Of a stretch of 64,000 nt of DNA, positions 12,366-25,171 are shown piece by piece. The notes below the pieces were generated by a model. That model saw only the letters and a program-made list of their open reading frames with translations. It was not told the DNA's origin and searched no databases. The stretch comes from Eledone cirrhosa (Eukaryota), in assembly GCA_964016885.1 (NCBI GenBank), contig OZ024742.1:290966001-291030000 (forward strand). Reading direction: 5' to 3'. The translations under genes were made by a program, and so were the position numbers. Each line of letters begins with the position of its first letter. Position 1 is the stretch's first letter.

Positions 12366-13719
12366 ATTTGTGAAATGGGTGGTGGTTGAAATTCAGATGT
12401 GCACGGTTAAATGGTAGTAGACGTCGTCGGACTGACATGAAAATTTACACACCTATGTAAAAAGCGCCAAGGAAGCAAATAGACTTGAAAAATGTGGTCC
12501 TGGGGCCCCAAAACTATCGCGTTCGGTGAGTTATTTCCCCCTGTTCTAATACTTTTGTCTTATTTACAATTTCATACAAATAAAGGATTATGAGTTCATG
12601 CAATTGACTTATGTTTCGTCACTATATATATATATATATAATATGAAAACGCTTTAATAAAAAAAAATATCAACTGTTTATATGTGTGGAGATATGCAAG
12701 TAAATCTTATTTTGTGGACAGCTTATCCTTAGCATAATATTCATGCTAGAACAGTATATATTTGAAAGTTTTCAGGGAGTTGAATTACTGATTTTGGATC
12801 GGCAGCTTTAGCTTTGAAAAAATGAAATGTGCAGTGTAAACATTTTTTATTATTCCTCCGGGGATGAATCTTCTCTGCATTTTTCCATCTCTTTCTTTCT
12901 CTCTGGAAGAAATCAGCTGTAGTAAGACCTAAAAAAATGATTAGATACACCATGACGCACCGTGCATCACGGTGGAGTTGAAAAGCAGACTCAGAACATG
13001 ACGTTGTGTGGGGGTGGCTCGCAGCCCAATGTTCCAGGGGGAGCAAAAGAAGAAGAAGTGAGCTGGAGTCCTATCAAATATGTAGGTTGTGTCTTAAATT
13101 GAAGGTTTAGTAGAAACAATTCATGTATAGTTTTGTACTTTTCTTTTTGTCATTCATATATAAACAAATCTACTATATAAATTGGAAGTGGTTGGACGTT
13201 GTATATGTAGGTGTAGTTGGATAAACGTCGAAATGGCTTGGTGGAATGCAGCGAAAATTTACACAGTTATGCAGAATGACCCGAGGAGTCGTTGGGTCGA
13301 CTTTCAAGCTACAATCTTCCATGGTTACGGAGAAAATCGATGAAACAGGAATTTCCCATTCAAATTGAACTGAGAGTAATCTGTGAACGCAGAAGTAATT
13401 ATTTCGAGAAACGTTGCAACCGTACGAAAACAGGAAGACGATATTTTGGTTCGTGAAGACATTCCCTGGCAATGAACGGGAAAAAAGCGAGCATAATACA
13501 TCGTTATGTGGAGCGTGAAGAACAATTTCATGCAAAGACAAGACCAAGTTTATGGTATAAATGGAGTCGTTAGACTAATATTCTATTTAAAATAACAGAA
13601 TGATTTCTAGCCCCGGAGTTTAAGAATGATATAAATAAAATTGAAAACGAAAATGACAGAGGTTATTAAAATAGTAAAAGTAAATAGTGAAGATTTAGGC
13701 CAGTCCATACGTATGCCCC

Positions 13720-14225
13720 GACGGACATACACATACATACGCACACACAAATACATACCCCCCCCCCCACACACACACGCACGAACGCACGCGCGTTTGT
13801 ATAAACCTTATGCATTTCTACAGTATTTTCACCAAACTTAAGTACTTGTGTACTCCGGATGGTCATGGGCACTGTCATTTTCCCAGATATTGATTATAGG
13901 GCCCCCCGGCAGATAAACCCTTTAACCACTTCCTTAGAGTCGACTGAAGCACTGCAGTGCAATGTAACAAAACGTCATAACTTCTGGAGTTCGCAACCGA
14001 TTTTCACAAAACTTGACACATGGGCTACGTTTGTCCTATAGATGAATGTGAACTCTCAGTATTGGCACATATTGGGTAGGGGACCCCTGGAGTCAGGAAC
14101 CCCCTTTTGGAAAAAGCCGATGATTTTGTAAAAGTATAGTTTTCGAAGCAGCACTGAAGTATTGATATAAATGGTATACACAATTGCTATTTAATATCCG
14201 AGCAACGCCGGGTACCTCTGTTAGT
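13720..14225 (+). mobile_element. Non-autonomous Helitron/Helentron-like element (3' part)
   Basis: CCGATTTTCACAAAACTTGACACA internal motif. The 3' end CCGAGCAACGCCGGGTACCTCTGTTAGT matches the other Helitron termini in the window. Confidence 0.65.
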
Positions 14226-14544
14226 TATATATAAACTGCATTAGGAGAAAATTAGTGACAGAAATATATGAATATTTATTTAAACGATCACTAACCGGAA
14301 GTGTTGACATTTGAAAATTTTAAAGAAGTGAATCTTTAAATAAGTAATGAAATATATTTAATGAACAGCCACGAAATTTAGTAGATAAATTATGTAATAT
14401 TCATTCATTATCTATTCAAAGTAATCCAATTTATTTTACTAAGGGGATAACAAATTATAAACCGTACGCAGTCCCGCGCTTCTTACTTTATTATAGTTTA
14501 GATTTAATTGAGACATAAGTGCTTGTAGCATTGTACAATAGACA

Positions 14545-15010
14545 CAATATGACAGAAAAGTTAAGCAGTTCGCTTCGTAATCATTAGGTCTCGAATTCGA
14601 TCCCACTGTGTGGCATGTTTCATCTTGGGCCAATGGTGAAATTGGATAGTTGGAAACCGTTTGGAATCTCGTCGGATGGACTGTACTTGTAATTCAAAGG
14701 GCCAGCCTTATTAAACACTGAATTCATTTAGGAATTACATTATTGGTACACGTATCTATGGAATACTTATCCATGGAATACTTACACGTATCTATGGAAT
14801 ACTTAGCCATTTACACTATAAACGATGGACTGCTTCTATAATTTGGAGAGCCAGCCTTGTTACAGACTTAATCCCTGGGAATTCCATTGAATCGTCATGT
14901 CCATATACTACTTAGATTAGCCGTACCTGTAATTCAAAGGACCAGCCTTGTCACACAGAACTACGTTAAGGATGCACGTGTATATGGAATACAACTGGAA
15001 CGCTTATCGT
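14545..15010 (+). mobile_element. SINE-like element with internally repeated AATTCAAAGGGCCAGCCTTGTCACAC segment
   Basis: tRNA-like head (TTCGATCCC B box) and repeated modules. A related copy lies at ~52340-52500. Confidence 0.55.
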
Positions 15011-15663
15011 CGAAACGGACTGAGGTTTATTTCGTACATAACACAAACTGTATATGTAGCAATGTATAAATATAGAACATTCCACCGTTTCCCTTCCAGT
15101 TGTTCATTTTACTTCTTTCGGTATCGCTACATTAATTTAGTTTCGGATTCAGTATGTTAGTTTCTTATATTTTTTTAAAGAAAGTGGGTTGTGTTTACAG
15201 TGAGATTTAACTGCTATTTCTGGCATGGTAAATGTCTGAATCGCAGTTTCTGGTTTTCCTCAACATAAGCTATAAAGGGAGATAATCTAGCTGCTGTTTT
15301 CCTAGAAAGGAAATTATAATAGTTACTATATCTCCCTCTTACTGTTACTCTTCTTTTTACTCGCTGTCTGTCATTCATTCACTGTCTATGTTACACCACC
15401 TACTTACTCTTTGTCCCCCTCACTGTGTGTCTTTGTTAGTTACTCTCCCCCTCACTCTGTGTCCTAAGGAATTACTCCCCCTTTCTGTGTGTCTATATCA
15501 GCTACTCTCCTCCTCGCTAATTCTGTCTTTCTCTCTCTCTCTCTACCACATGGTAACATTGTAGCCATATTGTGCACAAGGCTACATCTTCTTTAAATTC
15601 ATTTTCCCATTATTATTATCGTGACTATACGAGAACTGAAGAAAACGACAAGAAAGACCAACA

Positions 15664-17490
15664 ATGTCTAAACGTGGATGTAGCAACAGAGAGGATAAAC
15701 TGACGAGGATTGCTATAGTCAGTAATGACAAATGTAAACCAAAGAAATGCCGGCAAGAGTGTAAAAAAAGCTGTCCTGTCGTCCGAATGGAAAAATTATG
15801 TATAGAAGTAAGTCCATGTGATAAAATCGCCTATATTTCTGAAGAATTATGTATCGGATGCGGTATCTGTGCCAAGAAATGTCCATTCGAATCGATTACT
15901 ATAATCAACCTCCCCAGTAATTTAGAGAAGGACACAACTCACAGGTATAGTGCTAATTCATTTAAACTTCATCGTCTCCCGATTCCTCGACCGGGAGAAG
16001 TTCTTGGTCTGGTTGGTACGAATGGTATCGGTAAATCTACTGCCCTGAAAATATTAGCAGGGAAGCAGAAACCGAATTTGGGTCGGTACAATGACCCTCC
16101 TGACTGGACTGATATATTAACGTATTTTCGTGGTTCAGAATTGCAGAACTATTTCACCAAGATCCTCGAAGACAATATAAAAGCCATTATCAAACCTCAA
16201 TACGTCGACCAGATACCTAAAGCTGTTAAGGGTTCCATTCAACAACTTTTAGATAAAAAAGACGAAAGAGAGAACCAGAATGAAGTGTGTTGTCAGCTGG
16301 ACTTGACCCGGGTACGAGATCGAAACGTGGAGGATCTTTCTGGTGGGGAACTACAGAGATTCGCATGTGCCATGGTGTGTATTCAGAAGGCTGATATATT
16401 CATGTTTGACGAACCTTCAAGTTATCTAGACGTGAAGCAACGTCTAAAAGCTGCCCAGGCCATCAGGTCGCTTATCCACCCTGATAAGTATATAATTGTT
16501 GTAGAGCATGACTTGTCAGTTCTTGACTATCTCAGTGATTTTATCTGTTGTCTGTATGGGGTACCGGGAGCATATGGTGTGGTCACCATGCCTTTTAGTG
16601 TCAGAGAAGGTATCAATATATTCCTCGATGGATTTGTTCCAACAGAGAACTTACGTTTCCGCGAAACTTCTTTAACTTTTAAAGTAGCAGAAACTGCCAT
16701 GGAAGAAATTGTGAAGAGGTCGTGTCGTTATGATTACGGTAACATGGAGAAACGGTTGGGTAACCACTTCCATCTAACTATCAAAGCTGGTCAGTTTTCT
16801 GATTCTGAAATTTTGGTCATGTTGGGAGAAAACGGGACTGGTAAGACGACGTTTATAAAAATGTTGGCTGGGAAGTTAAAACCCGACTGTGGCGATACAT
16901 TACCTCTGTTAAATGTGAGTTATAAACCACAGAAAATTAGTCCGAAACACCAAGGAACTGTAAGGCAACTTCTACATGAAAAGATTCGTGACTGTTACAT
17001 CCACCCACAGTTTGTAGCAGATGTTATGAAACCATTACAGATTGAAAGTATCATTGATCAGGAGGTACAGAATTTGTCCGGCGGTGAATTACAACGTGTA
17101 GCATTAACTCTTTGTTTGGGTAAACCTGCTGATGTCTACCTCATTGACGAACCTTCTGCCTACCTCGACTCCGAACAACGTCTCCATGCTGCCAAAGTGA
17201 TCAAACGTTTCATCATGCATGCTAAAAGGACAGCTTTCGTGGTCGAACACGATTTCATTATGGCAACTTACCTGGCTGATCGTGTGATAGTGTTTGAAGG
17301 GAAACCTTCCGTAGACACACTGGCTAATTCACCTCAGTCTTTGTTGAAAGGTATGAACGATTTCTTGCAGTCTTTGGACATTACTTTTAGAAGGGACCCG
17401 AATAACTTCCGACCAAGGATTAACAAGTTAAATTCTGTTAAAGACGTGGAACAAAAGAAGAGTGGAAATTATTTTTTCTTAGAAGACTGA
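15664..17490 (+). CDS. ABCE1: ATP-binding cassette sub-family E member 1 (RNase L inhibitor / ribosome recycling factor), single coding exon, 608 aa
   Basis: Intact ORF with two 4Fe-4S motifs ([28 protein letters not shown]), two Walker A motifs ([16 protein letters not shown]), two LSGGELQR signatures, DEPS Walker B motifs and the conserved C-terminus [11 protein letters not shown]. Confidence 0.98.
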   Translation: MSKRGCSNREDKLTRIAIVSNDKCKPKKCRQECKKSCPVVRMEKLCIEVSPCDKIAYISEELCIGCGICAKKCPFESITIINLPSNLEKDTTHRYSANSFKLHRLPIPRPGEVLGLVGTNGIGKSTALKILAGKQKPNLGRYNDPPDWTDILTYFRGSELQNYFTKILEDNIKAIIKPQYVDQIPKAVKGSIQQLLDKKDERENQNEVCCQLDLTRVRDRNVEDLSGGELQRFACAMVCIQKADIFMFDEPSSYLDVKQRLKAAQAIRSLIHPDKYIIVVEHDLSVLDYLSDFICCLYGVPGAYGVVTMPFSVREGINIFLDGFVPTENLRFRETSLTFKVAETAMEEIVKRSCRYDYGNMEKRLGNHFHLTIKAGQFSDSEILVMLGENGTGKTTFIKMLAGKLKPDCGDTLPLLNVSYKPQKISPKHQGTVRQLLHEKIRDCYIHPQFVADVMKPLQIESIIDQEVQNLSGGELQRVALTLCLGKPADVYLIDEPSAYLDSEQRLHAAKVIKRFIMHAKRTAFVVEHDFIMATYLADRVIVFEGKPSVDTLANSPQSLLKGMNDFLQSLDITFRRDPNNFRPRINKLNSVKDVEQKKSGNYFFLED

Positions 17491-17659
17491 GCTAATTTGT
17501 TGTTATTGGATTCTGAATTAAATTGTTCAGACTGAAAAATGAAGAGAAATAAATATAAAGTAAAGAATACCCCAGCTGTTCCTCTTCTTAACAATATCAT
17601 TTAAGGAAAAAAAAGAAAAAAAATGACATTTCAGAATTAAAAAGCTGCTTCTTTCTTAA

Positions 17660-17863
17660 CCCTTTCGTTACCATATTTCTAATGAAAGACACTGCCTATG
17701 GTTTTCAGGTAATTTTGAGAATAATTAACATTTTGATGAGATTTAGTAATATAAATAACTTTCTCATTATTAAGTCGGTGTTTGGAACATTATTTAAGGT
17801 TCTTATATAAAATTATGTACAGTTTTACATTGTAGAACCAGATGTGGTTTGGTATGGAAAGGG
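17660..17863. mobile_element. piggyBac-like MITE
   Basis: TTAA|CCCTTTCG...GGAAAGGG|TTAA: TTAA target duplication plus CCC/GGG termini. Related copies at ~22455-22695, ~26175-26567 and ~44520-44822. Confidence 0.8.
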
Positions 17864-18508
17864 TTAATGTTTACATTTCTTACCAAGAAATTGCAACTGT
17901 TTATTGTTATGGACTGTTTCTACCTGTGGGTATTCTCAAGTGGAATTGGCTGGACATGGGAGGTAAATTGTGTAATTTATACTCTACATGTTTTCAGTTG
18001 AAGCAAAATAAAAAAATAAAAAAAATAGAAATGTATTAAAGTGATGTCAAAAAAGGGAAGAATATCAAATATTAAAAAATATTCTGTTATTTTCATTTCA
18101 GTTAACTGGGGTATCATTAAAACAACTAAGAAACTTCTTAGGTACAACCTCGTAGGAAACAAACTAAAGCTACGTAGGTGTATGCCGTAACGTGATAGGA
18201 TTGGGGTCTCTAAATCACCATGAAATCTGAGATACAATCTTGTAAAAAGCCAGCCAAACCTCACCAAGGCTGAAAGCAGAAGGTTTGTCAGTCAGTGTCC
18301 TGCAACATGAAGATCAGCGGTGTGAGGTGTTCTGCATCGCAAATCTATCACTTTACAGGGTGAACTGTGATGTATATTTATTCAAGAAATCTAAGATCAA
18401 AACAAGGTCTATTCCCATTACATTGTCTAAAATTGTTCCAAAAGGCTAGGATCAGGTCTGGTTATAGAAGTTCTCTTCTTTGCTCGATTCACATTATTTC
18501 ACTAACCT

Positions 18509-18712
18509 TAACCCACATTAGCATTTACATTACTCTATATATAGTATTGTGTAAAGGCTTTACCTCATGTAATATTGAATTTATGAGATTTTGATATCTA
18601 TTTTGAGAACAATGCCTTAACATCAGTATGAGTGGCCGGTTACAGCTGGTTTGAACAGAAAGAGGTGAGAGAATTCTGGTCGGATACGGCGGGTTTAAAG
18701 GCTTAAAGGTTA
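18509..18712. mobile_element. piggyBac-like MITE, second family
   Basis: Flanked by TTAA. Reverse complement of the copies at 22297-22457 and 44820-45047. Confidence 0.7.
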
Positions 18713-19393
18713 AATGAAGTTTCAGTTTTGAAATTGCAAGAATAGTCTGTTGACTAAAGCTTTTTCGCACTTGCTATATTAAGAATGAATCTCTATTAGT
18801 ATGTAGGGGTGTTTTATTGGCATTTTAAATTAGGCAGACCCCAAGTCTAAACATAGCCAATTCCTTCCAGAGGAAGAATCAACCCCAGTACTGGACTGGT
18901 ATTTTATTTATTGAGTTCAAGTATGAAATGCAAAGTTGACCATGGCAGGATTATAACTGAGTGCAGAAAACCGGAACGAATACTGCAAAGCATTCTATCT
19001 AATAACTCTGCCAATTTGCTGCCCACCCACATAAATATATGTGTGTATGTATATATATATATATATATATATATTGTTTTTGAAGGTGTGTGGCTTAGTG
19101 GTTGTGAATTCAAGACACTTTATTCCACATTGCTACAGTTCAATCAGCTGTAGAAATTAGTTATGACATCACTGGTGCTAAGCTGTATCAACCTTTCCCT
19201 TGGACAACATTGGTGACGTGGAGAGGGAGGCTGGTATGCATGGGGGACTGCTAATCTTCCACAGAAACATCTTGCCTCAGCTTGTGCTCCAGAGAGGAAC
19301 TTTCTAGTTGCAAAACTCATGGATCTTTATCCTTTATATATGTATATGTATATGTATTTATATCTCTGATGTGCGTGTATGAATATTTATATA

Positions 19394-19584
19394 TAGTCTG
19401 TTCGCTTTTTATGCGAACTTGAAGTATGTGAATTCGCTTTAACACCTCTTGAAAAAGTATTATTAAATATTCACTTTGCCCGAATAACGTGTGGTTTTCA
19501 GTTTATCAGAAATTAAGACTTATGCGAATTTGCTTTATGGACTGTGTTCACGAACGCATCTTCGCGTAAAAAGCAAACAGACTA
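19394..19584. mobile_element. Tc1/mariner/pogo-type MITE
   Basis: ~24-bp terminal inverted repeats (TAGTCTGTTCGCTTTTTATGCGAA / TTCGCGTAAAAAGCAAACAGACTA) in a TA context. Confidence 0.8.
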
Positions 19585-19607
19585 TATATATGTATATTTA
19601 TATTATA

Positions 19608-20520
19608 CAGGGTTGCTCAGTTCTTTGAGGATATTTGCATGAATTTAGTAAAAGTTGCATAAGTCATGAAAGAAGAGCTTCATTTGTGAAAAAATTGGCA
19701 TGAATAATCTTGAGTCTTCTTGATACATCTACTCAATGTATCTGCCATTAGCATCGATGACTTGTTTCAATACAAGGCCTGAAACATTGACATGCCCAAA
19801 TCAGATGATGTATCTATTTTGGACATTGTGGTAGTTATGGCAGACTTTTATATTGTTATGGGGGCATTGATTGACTTCTCTCTTGAATATGCTCTATACG
19901 TCCAACAGATTCAGGTCTGATGAGCTAGGTGGTCATGTTTGGAGTGTCGTGATCTTGGAGATTGTAACTCATTAATTCTTGGGTCATCTTGTGAGACAGT
20001 ACAGTCTTGTTGATAGGTGTATGGTTTTCTTTTGCTCATGCTCTCTATCCAAGGCCTCACAACCCTTTCCAACACCTTATTGTTAGCAGCATTGACCCTT
20101 AAGCCCTGAGGAAAGAAATGAGGAGGCTTGGCACCTCCCTTGTTGCTCATGACTCCCAGAACCTGGAAACTTTATGTGCATGACTGCTGGAACATCTTTA
20201 GGATCTTTGCATAACTATCTGTCATAACTTCATTTGACCTTTTGGTTCTGATCAATGTTTTTCTCAGAGAAAAACCAAAGCATTCCAGGCCCTTGATGTT
20301 TCAACTTGCTCAACAAGCCATTTGTGTGGGTGAATCAGACTGTCATCTTTTGTCTTTGTAAACATGGTCTCTTCACTTCACTGCATTGAAGGTCTTCATG
20401 CACAATTCTGCAGATAATGTGCTTTGAAACCTTGAACTCCTTAACAATGATGCTATTTGACTTTCTGGGATTTTTATTAACAATCTCATGCACCTTTCTT
20501 ACAAATGTGTGTTCTGGTGG
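19608..20520 (-). mobile_element. Degenerate Tc1/mariner-superfamily transposase relic
   Basis: The minus strand has PPHFFPQGLRVNA, YTYQQD and *PPSSSDLNLLD (degenerate WPPSSPDLNPLD). A TA|CAGGG TIR-like end sits at 19606-19612. Confidence 0.75.
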
Positions 20521-20779
20521 TATTTGGACCCTTAGCCAGCGTATTATTTGATAGGAACAAAATTAATTTGGGGCCCCTGGTTACAAACCCCTCCTGTCGC
20601 TCACCAGTACAAGCAATGTGATACTAAAAGTAAATGTGGTGAGATCAGAGACTATGGAATGGAGAAGTCTTGTTTAGCCTTGCAGTGGACAGACTTTCTA
20701 ATGTTGGTTTTGCAATAAGATGCACTTAGTATACCATGTAATGTGGTTGACAAACAGTCCAAGAAAGCATAGAGTAGAA

Positions 20780-21060
20780 GAGGATCTTTTGAAATTAATA
20801 ACTTTTTTAGTGCTGGTACCATGATAAAATGCACCCAGTACACTCTGTAAAGTGGTTGGTAATTGAACAGAATCCTTAAAAGTGCTGAGGTCTTGACAAC
20901 CTCATTAATAGTGGTGGTGTCACAAAATGCACTTGGCACCACAATAAAATGTACCAAGTACATTCTGTAATGTGTTAGAACTGTTGACATGATAAAATTC
21001 ACCTAGTACACCCTGTAAAGTAGTTAGCGTTAGAAAAGCATTCAATTGTAGAAACCATGC
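20780..21060 (+). repeat. Tandemly multimerised retroelement-derived motif (ATAAAATGCACCCAGTACACTCTGTAAAGTGGTTGG)
   Basis: About 4-5 imperfect copies. The same motif is multimerised at 56220-56530 and occurs singly in RTE 3' tails (62025-62090). Confidence 0.65.
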
Positions 21061-21869
21061 CATTATATGGGAGGTATGCACAAAACATAGTTCAAAATTT
21101 ACAGCTTACACCTTTGCAGGTGTAGCTGGCCTCCAAAGTTGCATCTCATAGGTGTTTTACAGCTATATGAAATGAAGTGTCTTGCTCAAGAACAATGCAC
21201 CACTCATTCCAGAAATTACGCCTATAACCCTCTGATTGTGAGACTGGTGAAGTTCCACTCACACAGCAGACTTAAATTGAACCAGTTCAGGATATAGTTC
21301 TCTCCCTTATTTCTCACTAATCTCAGGTATCTTGAATAATCGTACCTCGCTTATTAAATATTGCTAGTCTATCTCTGGTGAAATTTTATTTTAAGTGATA
21401 GCATTCCTACGTCAATTAATTTTCTTTATACATTAAAAATCATTATACATGATCAAAAAAGTACATTACAAGAAATCTCATACGTTATAAAATAAATAGG
21501 ATGAATTGGTGTTTCAATATGTAAACTAAACGACTAATTCTGTTTTTTTTTTTTTTAAATCAACAAAGACAACTTAGAAAAATTAACGATTTTCCCCCAC
21601 TCCTATTATTTGGGATCGAAGAGTACTTGAACATTTCTAAAGGTAGTCTCTCAGTTGATTGAAGTTTTTTTCCCTACTCATTCAAACTGCATGACCTTTT
21701 ATATGTGTGTGTGTATAGTTCTTCATATACACACACACACATATATATATATAGAGTGATAAATGTGTGTCTGTTTTATCTTGTGCTTAACAGTCTAATC
21801 ATAGTATCAATCTATGAGGCAATTATTAACTATAACCAACACTATAAGCATTCACAATATCATGTGATC

Positions 21870-22695
21870 CTTTAACCCATTTATTATATTTCTGGTAAAA
21901 GACACTCTTATGTGTACCACCCAACATGCTGTGGCACCACCATTAATTAATTGGGCTTGTCCGGGAATTGTACCCCTAGACCAACAAGCCAGGCTGTCCG
22001 TGATTTTCAAATGATTTTAAAAATCAAGAAGAGATTTAGTAATATAACTTTCTCATTATTCACCCTTTAATTACCAACCCGGCCAAAACTGGCTCTGGTT
22101 CTATGAAATAAAATTACCCATTTCAAACGTTTCAAATTTAACTTGAAATATTCCAACATAATTTTATATAAGAACCTTACATTCAGTTACTATCTTAGTA
22201 ATGAAATAATTAATAATTTTAGTAAATGCCTCAAAATTCTTCATTAACTAATTGGGACAGAGTGTATTTCGTTAGAAATGCGGTCATGAAAGATTTTAAC
22301 CCTTTAGCATTTAAACCAGCTGTATCTGGCCAAAATTCTCTCACTTTCTGTTCTAACCAGCCACTCATACTGATGTTAAGGTATTGTTCTCAAAATAGAT
22401 ATCAAAATCTCATAAATTCAATATTACATGAGGTAAAGCCTAAATGCTAATGGATTAATCCTTTCGTTACCATGTTTCTAATGAATGACAAAGCCTATGA
22501 TTTTCAAATAATTTTGAAAATAAATAATTTGGAGGATTTAGAAATATAACTTTTTAATATTAGATTGATGTTTGGAGCATAACTTAACAAAGGTTCTTAC
22601 ATAATATTATGATAGAAGGTTTTAAGATAAAATATAAACACATTAAAACAGCTTTGTATTGTAGAAGCAGGTGCAGTTTGTATCAAAAGGGTTAA
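21870..22695. mobile_element. Chain of piggyBac-like MITEs sharing TTAA junctions
   Basis: Successive TTAA-CCCTTT...AAAGGG-TTAA-type units, with shared TTAA sites near 22297 and 22455. Confidence 0.7.
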
Positions 22696-23609
22696 TGTAC
22701 ACAAACCCAAGAAGGAACTTGCAGTATTTCTTTTCTTGCATTGAACCAAAGCACATAGAATCTCCTTATTTGAATCTGTAAGGAGTTTATTTATTTGTCT
22801 TGTGTCAGAATGCCATACATGAAATGTTTTCATTATAGCTCACATACATGGAGGTTTAACAGACTTCCTACAAGGTTGCATCTCATATGAGCTTTCTTGG
22901 GTTTCTTGGACTATAGGGTCTATAGTCCTATCATAAAAAGGTAAAACACCAGTCCATTGCAGGGGTTAATCCCCAGTTGCAGCTGGTACTCATTTTTTTG
23001 TTAGTGGATTTGGCGCCCAATGACTTGTATAAGTGGTGCAAGTCAGAGCATTATATATTAATAAAAGATCGGAGACCATATCCAGTTGATTCAGGTTTAT
23101 TTAGAAGTCTCTTATACATATTTCACTGAGGACTATCAGTTATGATAGCCTGAGCTCTTCAGATGGCAAAACATAAAATAAACATAGAAAGTTCCTAGGA
23201 AATCTTTAAATTTGGAAAAATCCAATAATTTCTCCGAAAAAGATTTTCTTTTCATGATACTGGGGGCTGGCTGAATGTTGTTTCTTTTATGGCCGGTCCC
23301 TGTCATCATTACAGTCCACGCTGTAATGTGGCCGTGTAGGTAACACGGTAAAAACCTCCCAGTCCACACTGTAAACATGGTTGGTGTTAGGAAGGGCATC
23401 CAGCCGTAGAAAACCCGCCAGACAGTCCTATACGAACAAGACAACCACTCTTGCCTCAAGTGGGAAAATTCCCGTCCAAACCCATGCAAGCGTGGAAGAT
23501 GGATGTTAAATGATGATGATATGTATATGCATTTATATATGTATATATGAGTATATGTATATATTTATATCATCATTATCTATAAAAGGCAGATTTTTGT
23601 GTCTGTATG

Positions 23610-24885
23610 TCATCATCATCATCACCGTTTTACGTCCGTTCTTCCACGCTAGCATGGGTTAGACGGGTTGTCCGGTTGACTGACCATGCCTTGCTCATAC
23701 GGGAACTGGTTCTGACTGGATGCCCTTCCTAACACCAACCTCATTTACATTGAATGCTGGATGCTTTTTTCCGCGGTGCCTACACGTCCACTTTGCAGTG
23801 TGGGGTCATATTGTCTATATGCTTCAGCTTCGGCTTGTACCCGTGGGGGGTCAGGTCTTCTGTATTACTGCGTGATGCCAGAGGTCACGGTCGTATGTCA
23901 TCACCTTTGAGAGGTGTAATTGGGTAAGGTCGGCTTTTATCATCTCATCCCAGGTCTTCTTGGATCTCCCCACTCCGTGGTTTCCATCGACTTCTAGTGC
24001 TCTGCACCTTTTTTATGAAGCTGTCATCCTTCATAGCATCACATGTCCATACCAACGCAACCGCCTCTCCTGCACACAGCATTTGATTCCTCTTATGCTC
24101 AGTCTCTCTCTCAATTCATTTATGCTTTGCCGTTTGCGTATATTACTATTACGCATCCATCGGAGCATGCAGGCTTCATTTCTTTCTAATCTACGCAAGT
24201 GTTCCACAGAGAGCGCCCAGGTCTCACTACCATGTAACATTGCTGTTTGTATACACGCATCATACAGTCTGCCTTTCATTTTGAGGGAAAAGCCTTTTGC
24301 AGCCGGCAGTAGCTTCCTGAACTTCTTCCATCCCGTTCTTACCCTAGTTATTGTACTTTCTGAACACCCACCTACATTGCTAATTCGGTCACCAAGGTAG
24401 CAGAAGCTGTCTACTGTTTCTACAGAGCCCTCCCAGAATTTGGTGGTACTTGTTTCCTGTGGCTGTTTGCTGCTTGCTGTCCCAGCACAGCTGCTACATG
24501 TGAAGCCTACATTCTTAGTTAAGCTTCGTGAGATCCCGCTACATCTCTTGTGTACCCATTGTTTGCATTTGGAGCAGAGAATGGAGTTCTTACATACTGA
24601 GCAAGGCCATTTCCCTGAGGGGATCTAGGGTCTGTTTTCTTGTCTACTTACAAGGACCTTAGTCTTTGTCAGGTTGACTTTGAGACCCTGTCTTTCTAGT
24701 CCCTGCTTCCAAGTTTGGAATTTCTTCTCTAGTTCTACCATAGATTCAGCTATAAGTGCGAGGTCATCTGCATACAGGAGTTCCCATGGGCATCCAGACT
24801 TAAACTCCTCCGTTATTGCCTGCAGAACTATGATGAACAGGAGAGGGCTAAGAACAGAGCCCTGGTAGACACCAACCTGTACGCT
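23610..24885 (-). mobile_element. RTE-clade LINE, 5'-truncated (RT C-half, PHD-like insert, 3' UTR, (GAT)n tail)
   Basis: The minus strand has GVYQGSVLSPLLF, PWELLYADDL, KGRLYDACIQTAMLHGSETW and ERRLRWYGHV. Close homolog at 60660-62215. Confidence 0.9.
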
Positions 24886-25171
24886 AAATGTATAAGCATG
24901 GAAAAATGGACATAAAACGATGATGGTACATATCTGTAAAATGGTTGATGATAGGAAGGGGGTTCAGTTATAGAAAACCTGTCAAACAAAGCATTGAAAG
25001 GACTCTTCTTTTATGTTAAAACATGACATTCTCCCTCCTAATGTTGGTGTCACAATCAAGTGCACACTAAAGTGTGGAAATGTATGTGAGATGTGGTCCT
25101 TGGCTTGTTGGAGAGGTCTGTGGCATCAATTAAATACTGACTTAGTCTATGATAACCCAGCTAACCCTTGC

